The notes beneath the pieces are model-generated. The model searched no databases. It had not been told where the DNA came from and saw nothing but the letters and a program-made list of their open reading frames with translations. This document shows, piece after piece, positions 1-11,469 of a stretch of 64,000 bases of DNA (positions are counted from its first letter, which is position 1; every line of letters begins with the position of its first letter). A program made the translations under genes and the position numbers. The DNA is taken from the NCBI GenBank assembly GCA_002633005.1, contig NMRA01000146.1, forward strand, positions 617,981-681,980, read 5' to 3'. This DNA is from Phoronis australis. Taxonomy: Eukaryota > Animalia > Phoronida.

Positions 1-419
1 CCAAGGCGGATAAATACGGTCTAGTTCAATTTTTCATACCCCACCGTTTACCTTAACCACTGGAGTTAGGACCAATCTTATTTAGTGGGAATGTTCATAG
101 CATGACAATAATAACAATAATAATGATAAGGATAATGATAGTGGTAGCGATTGTAATAATGGTTCGTCAAATTGATGCCGTGTCAGCCCGCAGTTACTTC
201 CTACATGAATATTTAGAAGACGTATACGAAAAGTGTTGAGCAAAAGGGTGTTTTTTTCACAGCAAAAATACTCGCCAACACGGTGCCATTTGCGACAAAA
301 TTCTATCTAAAAGGTTATTTTCGTAATTTCTGGAACACAGCTGTGCGAAAATGTGAATTTTTACAAATAAATACTTTCTTAATGGGTCACTATTTTGTCT
401 GAACCCACCCTTACAAAAA

Positions 420-810
420 TGAACTTAAGTTTTTCGCTTAAAACTTAAGTTTTTGGAGAAAAAAATTAAGTTTTTGGAAAATAATTTAAGTTTTAGAGGA
501 AAAACTTAAGTTCTTCCGAAAAAATTAAGTTTTTAAAAGAAACTTAAGTTTATAAAACTTAAGTTTTTTTCAGCACAATGTTAAGTTTTCCAGAAAACTT
601 AAGTTTTTCAGAAAACTTAAGTTTGTTCAGGTGTAAAACTTAAGTTTCCACAAATAAACTTAAGTTTCAAGTAATAACTTAAGTTTTCATGAAAACATAA
701 GTTTTTTGAACTAACAAAACTTAAGTTTTTCTGATAACTTAAGTTTATCGCAAAACTTAAGTTTTTGTAATTTTAAAAACTTAAGTTTTCCTGACTTCTT
801 AAGTTTTTCA
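420..810. repeat. Array of palindromic AAACTTAAGTTT motifs (left subterminal)
   Basis: About 20 direct, self-complementary copies with short spacers, seen directly. Confidence 0.9.
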
Positions 811-2787
811 GAAAACTGGATTCATGTTTGGAAATCTGGAATTTTCTAAGAACTCTGAGGTTTCTATGTGATGAAATTTACGTTTTCTAGTTTTTAAAAT
901 TTGAATATAGTGAGATATTTTTTAATTTTTGGTTCAAAAATTTTCCCATTATTTTTCATCAAAAAATAATTATTTGCTCATGCAAAACCCATCGTCTCAT
1001 AAAAATGTTGCCCGAACGTTTCCTTAACATTTATATAGATACAAACCATAAAAGGACGAAAGTTTAACCAGTACTGATTTAGTGCAATTACGTAATCATT
1101 ATCGCACGTGAATTTAAATGTAGACGAACATCCGGTGACCAACAGCAGTAAGAATGTACCCAATGTTAATCCCCTGAGACACTGAACCGGTCAGCACAAT
1201 CTAATCAAAAGAACTCATCTAATTCTTAAAAAACGTAGTTATTGTGCAAGTTTCCTTTGTGTTGAGTTGTATTCGTAAGGCAGTTTCCACCGGAAGTCAA
1301 CAGTTTGAATTTTATAACGACAGTCAACTTCGAAGAAAAAGTCGTGTGTTGGGTAGCCCGCGACAATGAAGTTTATGTTACTACGAGCAGAGCCAGATAG
1401 AAGATATTTCACAAGTTTTGGAAGTCAGGTTAGCGCCAGAGAGCGTTCTAAAATCGATTGGCCACAATGGGTGGTGTGATTTCCAACGAACGTTCAGTTG
1501 TTATTGTCAGCCACTAACGAGTCACGCTGTCACATATGGACTCATTCTGTGTGTGAATTATCTAAACTGCTAACGCGTAATATACTTCTGGAGGTCCATC
1601 AGAGGAAGCCATAACGTTCACATAAGGCTGTTACTCTATTATATTTCTGCCTTCTGAGGTTGTGTCAGTGTGATCAATGCAAGGGGGGACTACCAAGGCA
1701 AAGTGTAATCATTTCCCAAGTTGGGTATATTGGCATTGGTTGTGTGTGCTTATGTCTATGATCGTAGTAATTCTTGGAAGCTCCTGATTTTGAAATCTCA
1801 TATCACTACAGGTCAATAATATGCAAGGTTCACTTGCCTCATCCACGCACCCATCCTAAAATATATGGGAGTGCTAAAAATTTTGGGCATGTTGAACTTT
1901 TACTAAAAAAATGGGGTATGTTCTGAGCTGTGCACAGTGCATTCCTGAATTACAGCTTCATAGTGGACATGTGTCTCGTTTTCTCAATTTCTTTTTGTTT
2001 CTATGAGGCTGACCTTTTCATGCCTACTTCGGCAAGTGGGGGGTGCTCGTTCGAGCATCCCCTGGGTGCGCGCATGTGCCTGGTTCTCAAAATTAAGAAT
2101 CACCAATGTAACTATTGTATTGCCTATTTTGACTGATTTGCTCAGGTTTGTCGGGAGGATCTAGGTTATTGAATGCGAGAGGACATCCCGATCCCAAAAC
2201 TAGTACCCTTTCTGGAATACCTCCCGGCATAGGTCACAATGTACCCAAGTGAACTCTCACCATTCAACATATTAAATATTGTTACGCACAATGAAACTTG
2301 CATAATTCCTATCTAATTGCACCAAATTATTCAATGCAAATAAGGAAAATCTGTGTGATTTGAATTTGGGATTGAGTATGTGCTTTCGAATTTTTACCGG
2401 GTTGTGGGATACTAGAATGTCGCACTTAAAATTTTAACATTCAATGCGAGTTCGACTGGTTTTATTGAAATCAAAAAATTCAGTGTCATGGTGAAAGTGA
2501 TAGATAATCTGAGTACAACTTTACCTAGGAGTTGAGTTGAGTTGAATATGGACTGACTAGAATGATCTCCCCATGTCTGTAGGGGCATATTCTTTTCCCT
2601 CTAGAAATTTTCTTGGAACCTCAACTTAATATCTTTGCAAATGTCAGCCAGTAAAGTGATTGGTAGGACTCGGAGTACAGGATATAGTATTTTTATGTTT
2701 ACTGTAGTACATGAGATAATAATTTTATTTTTACTGTAAACTATTATGGTTACATAAGACCTCTCGTGAAGACCATGCCAGTATCTT

Positions 2788-2957
2788 CAATGGTGGATTT
2801 AGAGGACAGCTAAGAGGCCATGGCCCCGGCCCCCTAAAACGCTATAAGACCAATTGGCAGTTGGGGGGGGGGTGCAGGGGGTGAATTTCTGATGGGCAAA
2901 ACCCTACTCTGCCCTAACCCCCCAACTCAAAATCCTGGATCCACCCGACCGCCCCTG
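2788..2957. mobile_element. Small GC-rich MITE-like repeat
   Basis: Ends CAATGGTGGATTT... and ...CTGGATCCACCCGACCGCCCCTG resemble the common CAGGGGCGGATCC-type invertebrate MITE ends. Degenerate, no TSD confirmed. Confidence 0.4.
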
Positions 2958-4247
2958 ATCTTTACATGGATAGCATTCCCTGTAAATGGGTTATGTCTGG
3001 ATTCTTAAGAAGCTATCACATACTGTTATGTTTGCTAATATCTCCTTGTTTTCAGGTCTGTATTAAGTTGGCGGAGTACTTGGAAGAGCTAGACATCCAA
3101 ACATTTGCATCGAAACAATCACCCAGGGGTGGTATTGGGCTGTCTACATCGACATGTCAGGTAGAGCTTCATATGTTTCATTGTTGAGTTAAAAATAGTG
3201 CTGCTATCAGGGTTTGAATTTGAAACAATATGAAATATGTCCTTGGTTTAGCCAATGGGCTTATAATCTTTAACAAGCTCACTGATTCTTGTGTCCATTT
3301 GGTCAAGTCAGTGTAAAGCTTCTTGGTTTTGCTATAACTTTCAAAAAGTACACGCGAAAGTATACATGTGACATTAAACTTTCAGTTCTAACCCTGGTTG
3401 TGCCGGCTAAATGTCCATGAAACATTAGTAAGAAGTTCTATGCTGGCTGGAGACAGCTAGTTAGAATACAACTAGCTGTGCTCATTATGTAGAGTTGTGC
3501 CTTTTCTTATCAGATTAACGAATTAAAAAAAGAAAAGTTCATTAAAATAATGGGAATTGTAGTTTATTGCAGTTGCCAACATGTCATAGAACTTGAACTA
3601 AAAAGTTACAGAACACGATACCTGGTTAACCTGAAGTCCAGCTTTTATTAACAAATTAAGTTTTGTCATATGCACGGATTGTTCTAGATTGTAATAGCAT
3701 GTTAGGTGACCATGTGCATGTTTTGTATTCAAGCTGTATAGAATAAAATTGTTTTGAATGTCGTGAATACTGGATTAAAACTTCATTCAAAACAGTATGT
3801 GGAAAACTGACCCACTGCAGTGCATGATTGAAGTAAACTTGCAGACTAGTCTTGCACTCGAATTCTGAACAGTGATTGGTTAAATTTTGAGTTTGAAGAC
3901 TATTTTCTAAGCTCAGTATATAAGTCAGGAAGTTTTGCAAATCAGTGTTGTATAAACAGCACGATAAATATCCAGCAAGTTATTTGTCTTATACTGATAG
4001 CTTTTGCCTGTCTGTTATTAAAATTTGTTGTCTTTATCGCAGAGTGTGCCTTCAACAATCGCTGGATAAGGAAGGCGTCCCAGACAACGAAACGTACGCA
4101 CTTACGAACTGCATTTCATGAACCTATGATTTCAGTTATCTGAGCTCAGAAACGCGCGTTTGTAGTCACAAAACATGGATTGTTTGCCTGTGAAGCTAAG
4201 CGAGCAGATCCAGCTAAAGTAGATTAAATGGCTTGTGGTCTACCATA

Positions 4248-4742
4248 GGGCCCTTTCACATTGACTTAACTCTTGTCTGAGAGGAGCATCGGCATATACT
4301 GCGAAGTTAACTGGACCGTTAATTCTGGCTTCGGTAGTTAATGAACTTCAAAGTATACAGTAAGTGACGCTGTCATGATCGAAGATATCGCAAGGTAGCA
4401 CTGCACGCTAAGATGCGACAACTTGGGAACATTAACATGTGTTGATTGACATAAAACTTAATTTAAATTGATTGGTGATTATTAGAGCAAGGAATAGGCA
4501 ACTATTAGCCATCACACTACTGTGCAATTGTTAATGATAACAGTGGCCCCAGGCAATAACTTCGATAGGACCGAAGTTGATCGTTGATACTGCGTGGCAG
4601 CGTTGACGCAAGAAATTAAATCGACATGTTTAGTGCGAAGTTAACTGGCGCTGTTAACTTCCTTCCAGGACCAAAGTTTAAGCGTTCAAACTGACATTAA
4701 CTCCCAAAAACGTCGACGCGTCTATGTTAGTATGAAAGGCCC
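4248..4742. mobile_element. MITE (PIF/Harbinger-like termini), nested in the 408-6039 element
   Basis: TIR GGGCCCTTTCACATTGAC vs GTTAGTATGAAAGGCCC, with TA on both flanks. Internal repeated motif GCGAAGTTAACTGG. Confidence 0.7.
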
Positions 4743-5569
4743 TATATGTGTATGAAGTTCAGTAGCTTTAAATTAAAGGAAAAGGAATATTTTTGTTGTT
4801 AAAGGTCTAAGTTTTCTAATTTCCATCTCGTATAACCAGGTTGTACTTACTTTTAGTGAAACTTGTTCACACTATGGAGTGTTTTGGATTTACTGTTATT
4901 ATGATTGTCACGAAAACGAAACTCTTAAGTTGTCATTTTTAAGGTTGAAAACAATTACAGGTGCTTCTAAGCACTATTTCTAGTTTAAGGATTGTACTTC
5001 CCAAAATCAGATCTGTGGCCATTGTCGATAAACTTTTAGCTACCTGTTACGTTTGATGTTATGCTTTTGTCTCTGGATTTTCTTGGATTTTGCATATTAA
5101 GTGATTTGTTATTCTTGGTGTCATTGCTGTAATTTTAGTTGAAAAAGTCTGCTGTTGAAACGTAGACTTTTGTTGTAGTCCTCCCTGGCTATGTAATCAC
5201 ATTTTCTTTGGTTGTGTTTCATGAATTGGTAGTGATTTCTCTGTTTGCACATTCCATTTTGCTCCCTCAGTTATCGCATAATTGTCATAGACTGAGAACG
5301 GTGCAATTATATTATTAGCCTCATTTAGTTTTCACTGCATTGTATGCATGACTCTTGATGAACTGATTTTTAAATGGTTTTTAAGATTTTGATATTTCAC
5401 TTATGTTCACTTATTTATTTCAAGGAACTAGTGTATTTTAGGAAGTGCATTTTATTTTCTGCAAGTAATCACTGTTAATGAAATGTTAATATAACTCTAG
5501 TTTGTTAAATCTTTATGAGAATCATTAAATTTGTTACTGTACTCCTCTCTTGTTTTAGTGAAAGTCGAA

Positions 5570-6039
5570 ACTTTTGAATGCATGTCTTATTGAAACTTAT
5601 TGCTTTAGAAAACTTCAGTTTTAAAAAGTTAGTTCCTTGAAAACTTATGTTCGGAAAACTTAGTTTTCAAAAACTTAAGTTTTGATGACTGATGTTTGTT
5701 ACTAAAAACTTGTTCCAAAACTTAAGTTTTTCAAAAACTTAAGTTTCTGAAACTTAAGTTTTCCAAAAACAAGTATTTTGGAACAAGTTTTTTGGAACGA
5801 ACTTAAGTTTTCATAACTTAAGTTTTCAGAAAACTTAAGTTTTTGAAAAACTTAAGTTTTCAGAACTTAAGTTTTTGAAAAACTTAAGTTTTGGGACAAG
5901 TTTTTAGTAACAAACATAAGTCATCAAAACTTAAGTTTTTGAAAACTACGTTTTCCGAACATAAGTTTTCAAGGAACTAACTTTTTAAAACTGAAGTTTT
6001 CTAAAGCAATAAGTTTCAATAAGACATGCATTCAAAAGT
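5570..6039. repeat. Long inverted repeat (~195-bp arms, ~75-bp spacer)
   Basis: ACTTTTGAATGCATGTCTTATTGAAAC... at 5570 is the reverse complement of ...GTTTCAATAAGACATGCATTCAAAAGT ending at 6039. The arms match with few mismatches. Confidence 0.92.
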
Positions 6040-8005
6040 CCACAGCCCACACCATAGTCACTAACGAAGGTTATTGTACTAGAGTACAACTTACTTAGTA
6101 CGAAACATACGGAACCACAAACCTAAATTTGACATCAAACAGTAAGGAACACATCAATTCCATGACTTATGAAAATGCATGATCAAACGCAAACAAGTTG
6201 AATAACGTCAAGTAATTTAAATAGTAATATGACACCATGCCACATCAGTAACGTTCTGGACGTACCTTCTAAGACAAGACAAACAGATAATTCTTTAAAT
6301 TAATAACGGATTTTAAGTTTCCAAATGTCTTCACGTACTCACACACTTCAACACCAGGAAAACCTTGGTCATACATTGAGCATGGGAAAACAGTTTGGAG
6401 CTTGTCCATTAGATGAGCAACGTGTTCATTTACATCATAAGTGGGAGTACATCGAATTATGTTGAAACCTAAATGTCATGCTCTATTTATGAAAATCGTG
6501 ACATATTTGACGTTAGTACCAGAAACAGGCGGGAAGAGGTGGCTTTTCTGAAAGTAACATGCCCTTTTAGTGTGCCCAAACACGGATGCAACAATCCTTT
6601 GGTGTTCCAGGGGAGGCAAGCGTTTACTTGGCAGAAGGAAATTAAGAAAAATCAACATTAATTAAATCAAGCGGAACAAATATTAAAGGAAGACCAACTA
6701 ACGGAACTACGAGACATAGCGAAAATGAACCCTGAAGATCAATCTTTTCCAGTAAGTTCATAAAGTTCACGAGATATTCTAGCCAGAGACTCCAGTCTAC
6801 ACAAAATGGCAGAACAATCGCGCATATTATTATTCAGACACAAGAAACCGTATGTGACACGCGCGCACTCAGGAGGGCTGGGGGCGCATGCGTGATATTG
6901 TAATTTTAAAACAATCTTGACTAGGAGTATCCGTGTTAAAAAGTGCGCTGAGATATTCAGTTTCTGGTTGATCTGTGCAAACGATAATAACACGTACGGC
7001 AGAGCAATTTTGTTGGCAAATTCCATGTTCCGAGTAGCATTAAGTGATCAGGCCAATGCTGTGACAGTGTGATGCCGTAGTAGGACAAGGAAATTCCGCG
7101 TGGATTGTCAAACGATTTTATTGAAACTACGAAACAAAGTCGGGAAGATTCATAGCACAGCCAAAACTTTATACTAAGTCAGCAAACTGAGACGTCACGT
7201 TATAGCAGAAAACGAATGAACTCTGCACTGATATTAGGCCGTAATGGGCGAGCGATTCCTATACAGATCTCTGGTTATTCAGCTTACATGGGTCGTGCAT
7301 CAAATGTCTAGTTCAGAGTCCTCCAAAAATGGATTGCTTTCAGAAACTAATCCTCGTGATGGAGCTGCATCTAAATGCGATATAAGTCTTTCGTTACATG
7401 TAGAAACGTATATGAGCCTTGTTGGAGATTAGCTCGACTGCGCGCTGTCGCTTTAAGTTACGGAACACCCGCAAATATGTTTAGCTGATTTCGAGTTACG
7501 AGGCTTTACCGATCGAAACAAACGACGTGAAGTTTGGACAACCAAACACAACGACAATCGTCCTTCACATTGTGTATATTAAGAAGTTTTCAGATATAGC
7601 TACGTGTTTTCGCGTGGTTTGTAGTTTGATAAGGAAAGACAAGACGTTGCGTTTGTGGGGATTCATTGTCACAGCTTGGTATTCGACCACGCAGTCATAG
7701 TTTGGAGAAGTGTGACAGAGATATGCTAGTACTGGGAAAACTACAGACGATTCAATGTTTTGTGGTTACCCGTTCAACTAACAAAACTCAAGCTGCGTTA
7801 ACAAATCTTTATTATGCACCTGTCCTGCGTTAATAAAATCAAGTGAAAACGTTTATTAACTGCAACCTACATGACTTCACTGGTTCTTCTCTATGACAAT
7901 TAAAACAATATTTGAAACTGCTTGATAGAATGAACGTGTCAATGTAAATTTGAACACATGTCAGTTAAACACCCTCTTAAATTTGAAAACATTACCTTTG
8001 ACTGG

Positions 8006-8152
8006 GTCTATCTACTATTCCAACCAATTGTTCAGAGATGATTTCTAAGTCAGGCTCGACAACAAGCCCTGTCGCAGTTTCAGTAGCCACAAGCTCAACT
8101 TCAGGGTCTACTACAGAAAGAATCAGTTCGCCAAGAGCTACATCCGCTGACG
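8006..8152 (+). pseudogene. Ser/Thr-rich (mucin-stalk-like) exon copy 1, acceptor degenerate
   Basis: 147 nt, phase 1-1, reads LSTIPTNCSEMISKSGSTTSPVAVSVATSSTSGSTTERISSPRATSAD. Donor G|GTATAG; acceptor position reads TGG rather than TAG. Confidence 0.6.
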
Positions 8153-8609
8153 GTATAGTCAGTCATTTTAGATTAGTTTTCGTACTTACGAAAATCATGA
8201 CATGAAGGGATTTTCATATGTTTTACGGTGGTTGAGTGTATTTTGTTGTTTGGGAAAGACTTTTGACCAAACTCTTCTTAGATTACAGTTGTTAGGAAAA
8301 CAACTGTGTTAGTTCGTGGACATTTTTAAAACTTACTTGTAGTAACATCGTTAAAGATTTTTTCACGCGACTGTTTAACGTACATACAATCAAGAAAAAT
8401 GGTTCAATTATTGCAGCATTCACGACTTCAGTGGTTATTGTTTTTGACGATAAGGATAACATTTGAATCTACAAGGCAGATTGGTGGAGTCAAATACAAT
8501 CAATTGGACGACAGCTACATCCGCTGACGGTATGACCAGTCCCTATCCACTTCAAACCTTATATTTCCTTATTAATATATTCAAAACATTCGAAAAATCA
8601 CAGGCGCTT

Positions 8610-9717
8610 GGGTTTATCGCAAATGACGTCACTCAATAATATATATATATATAAGAAAACATAAAGGTTGGACATTTAAACTTTGCCAAGCCGAGGCTCC
8701 CAACTTCAACCGTCCAAAATCCAAATAAAATCTGCGTGCACCTCCCTCAGTGTGGTGTTGCATAAACCTTCGAAGCCTTATCTTTCCTAGATCCCACTAA
8801 CTGTCTTCGTGATTAGTGAATTGGCGATGGAATTTCCAAAACAATCTCAAAACTCTGAAGTCAAGGACCTGAAATAGTAAACATGGCAGATTTCAGTCGT
8901 GCTTCGACTTGTACACCTGTTGTAGGTGAAACTTCGAGTTTGGGCAAGCAACCTATATTTCAAATTCAATAATTCTAATCCAAAACTCAACTAACTGAGA
9001 ATGTTAAATTAGTACTTTAATGATTCTTTGTAACTTTATTCCACTGACGGCTCATTTTAGCCCTTAACTTAGAATTTTATTATATAAACTGGCGTATCTT
9101 GTTTCTCATCTTGACATCACGCACTTTTTTGATTGAAGCACAACACACACTCGGCCAGGAAACGCAGCCCGTTTAAGTATTACAATGCGCGTGGCCGACG
9201 AGTTAACTCCATGATTTTGGCCAAAAATAAAATCTTCATAAGAAATCATAGTACACAAAAAACTTCGCATATCAATACAGTATCAGGATAACTTATATTT
9301 GACACAAATATGAAAGTAATTACATTTATTTTCCAATAAAGTGCTCTCTGCTTCTCATGATCTAGTAGTCGATGGATTGACGGCGAAAGCCGCGCGAAAT
9401 TAGACTTTCGGTTTTACATGTAGCTCGGGAGCGTCCGTCAAAACCCGGATGTGCGAAGACCGTCTGCCATGACATCACGGAATTAGGTCCTTGAATTTGT
9501 GATTTTGGCATTCTTTTGGCATTTTTGTCGCCAAATCACCACTCGAAGGCAATTTGAAGAGATCAAATGAAAGAAGGTATTCTAAGAGTTGTTCGTTGCT
9601 AGTTTCGTGGAGTTCCATGCACATTTGAGTAGAAAATTCTGAACAAACAGATTTCGAGTGTCCAACCTTTATATTTTCTTATATATATTATTGTGTGACG
9701 TCATTTGCAATAAACCC
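8610..9717. mobile_element. Non-autonomous TIR element with long imperfect inverted repeats
   Basis: GGGTTTATCGCAAATGACGTCAC...AAAGGTTGGACA matches the reverse complement of TGTCCAACCTTT...GTGACGTCATTTGCAATAAACCC. Weaker inverted similarity continues ~280 bp inward. Inserted into the exon-repeat array. Confidence 0.75.
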
Positions 9718-9866
9718 GAAAAATAACATTATAAACGGAATTATTATTTATGATAATTATGACAATGTATGTGGTAGATTCAAATGCAACATAATGCAAA
9801 CGTCAATGCAATCCATGTAAAATTACCAATTAAACACCTACGTTTTACAAAATTTACATTTCCTAT

Positions 9867-10013
9867 GTCTATCCACTAGCTCCACGAAACAATCAGAAAT
9901 GGTGTCAAAGCCAGACTCTACAATGAGCCCTGCCACAGTTTCAGTGCATATAAGCTCCACTTCAAGATCTTCTATAGGAAGAACCAGTTCCACAAAAGCT
10001 ACATCCGGTGACG
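9867..10013 (+). pseudogene. Ser/Thr-rich exon copy 2, acceptor degenerate
   Basis: 147 nt, homologous to copy 1 (MVSKPDSTMSPATVSVHISSTSRSSIGRTSSTKATSGD). Donor G|GTATGG; acceptor position reads TAT. Confidence 0.6.
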
Positions 10014-10244
10014 GTATGGCTAGACCAGATCGAGATCAATCCATGGATTTTTTTTTCCTTAAATTAGATATTCAAAACATCGTGGGATCATTATATGTTT
10101 GATGGAGGTTGAAGATATTTGTTGCTTAGGAAGATTTTTGTCGAAACTGAGGTTTAGCCACAGTAAATTGAATACACCATTGAAAACTTGTGCAGTTACA
10201 AACTACAATTGTTCTAATGTTTCATAAAAATTTCTCTTGAGTAG

Positions 10245-10390
10245 GTCTATCTACCAGCTCGTCCAAGTGCCCAGAAGTGCTGCCAAAGTTAGACTCGACA
10301 GCAAGACCCGGAGTCGTTGCAGTACCTATAAACTCCAGTTCAGGGTCTACTAAAGAAAGAACCAGTTCGACAAAAACATCACCGCTTACG
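10245..10390 (+). CDS. Ser/Thr-rich exon copy 3 (AG acceptor and GT donor present, 146 nt)
   Basis: TTTCTCTTGAGTAG|GTCTATCTACC...CTTACG|GTAACT; reads LSTSSSKCPEVLPKLDSTARPGVVAVPINSSSGSTKERTSSTKTSPLT. One nt shorter than its paralogues, so the exit phase differs. Confidence 0.45.
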
Positions 10391-10791
10391 GTAACTTTTG
10401 TGCAGCCCGAAATCAAATGGTACTTTCGAGTCTTTACTCAAGATATTCGAAAAACGAAGGGACTGTTGTATGGTTTACGGAGGTTGGGAACTTTTGTTGC
10501 TTGGAAAGATTTCTGTCGAAGTTTTCCCTAAACCACAGATTGCTGTAAAACTTATAAGACAGTAACTTCTTTAACAAAAGTTTTTTTTTGAGTGAGAGTT
10601 CAACGCATATATAATCAAGTAAAAGGATTCACTTACTACAACCAACACGACTTCACTGGTTATTGTTAATGGCAATAAAGGTAATATTTGAATCTACCCG
10701 GTTGATTCAAATGCAATAGAATGAGAACGTCAATGTAAACACGTGCAACATAAAAATCCTCTGATTTTTTGCAAAATTCACATTTGCCTAG

Positions 10792-10849
10792 GTGTATCTA
10801 CTATCTCCACGAAGCACTCGGTAGTAATGTCAAAGTCAGACTCGACAAT
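10792..10849 (+). pseudogene. Ser/Thr-rich exon copy 4, 3'-truncated
   Basis: CATTTGCCTAG|GTGTATCTACTATCTCCACGAAGCAC...GACTCGACAAT is homologous to the 5' part of copies 1-3, then homology stops. Confidence 0.55.
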
Positions 10850-11469
10850 ATATACTTCGTTAGCGAATCTTTTTAACTTGACTTCATCGTATATACAATC
10901 AAGTAAAAAGGAGTTACTAACTGCAATGATATAATTATAAGAATACTTAAAAGTAATAGGTAGATTTAAAAGTGCAACAAGCTGGTGAAACTATGTAGAT
11001 TTTGAATTAATAGAAAACGACGTCATAGAAATATAGCGTCACTATGTCTTATTGCAACCCTCCCGTATCGGTTAAGCACCTAAAGGTTGCTTCTTTGTAA
11101 ATCTATCTGTTTGGCCCATACCCATTCCTTCTAGAATACCTGGCTCCTCTCCTCCTTGTACGAAGACATACCGTGGCAGAAACTACATCAGCGGAAATGA
11201 TCTTTCTTTTCCCAACGAGGACAAAGGCCTGTTTGGGTTGAAGTTTAGAAACTGCGTGGATCAGAGGCACATCTCAGAAATTATCATCTTTCTTCCTCAC
11301 TTGGTCTCTAAGTCGGTTCTCCTCAATATTTTTTTCTCTCTACACGGCACATATTTCGTTTTTAATGTTCCCAGACAGTGAATATAAGGTAATTTGCTAG
11401 AGAGGTGTGAAATATTGTAAAAAAGGCCAATTTTTGAGAATAAGGTTTGAGATATCCTCAATAAATGGA

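Larger units (their letters stand above)
408..6039. mobile_element. Non-autonomous DNA transposon with subterminal AAACTTAAGTTT arrays (CMC/EnSpm-like architecture); right end replaced by a fold-back palindrome
   Basis: Starts CCCTTACAAAAATGAACTTAAGTTTTTCGCT, identical to the start at 37186. Dense AACTTAAG arrays at 420-810 and 5600-6000. 5771-5822 is close to the reverse complement of ~37277-37330. No transposase ORF seen; superfamily inferred from architecture only. Confidence 0.6.

Noticed and set aside
420-810. Repeat-spacer appearance suggesting a CRISPR array
   Set aside because: Units are 12-bp AT-rich palindromes with very short, irregular spacers; no cas genes; eukaryotic TE context.
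6040-7450. Cluster of 60-95-aa ORFs
   Set aside because: No motifs I can identify; consistent with chance ORFs or very old TE debris.
10222-10416. Minus-strand ORF (VELVLSLVDPELEF...)
   Set aside because: Antisense shadow of Ser/Thr codons; splice signals support the + strand.
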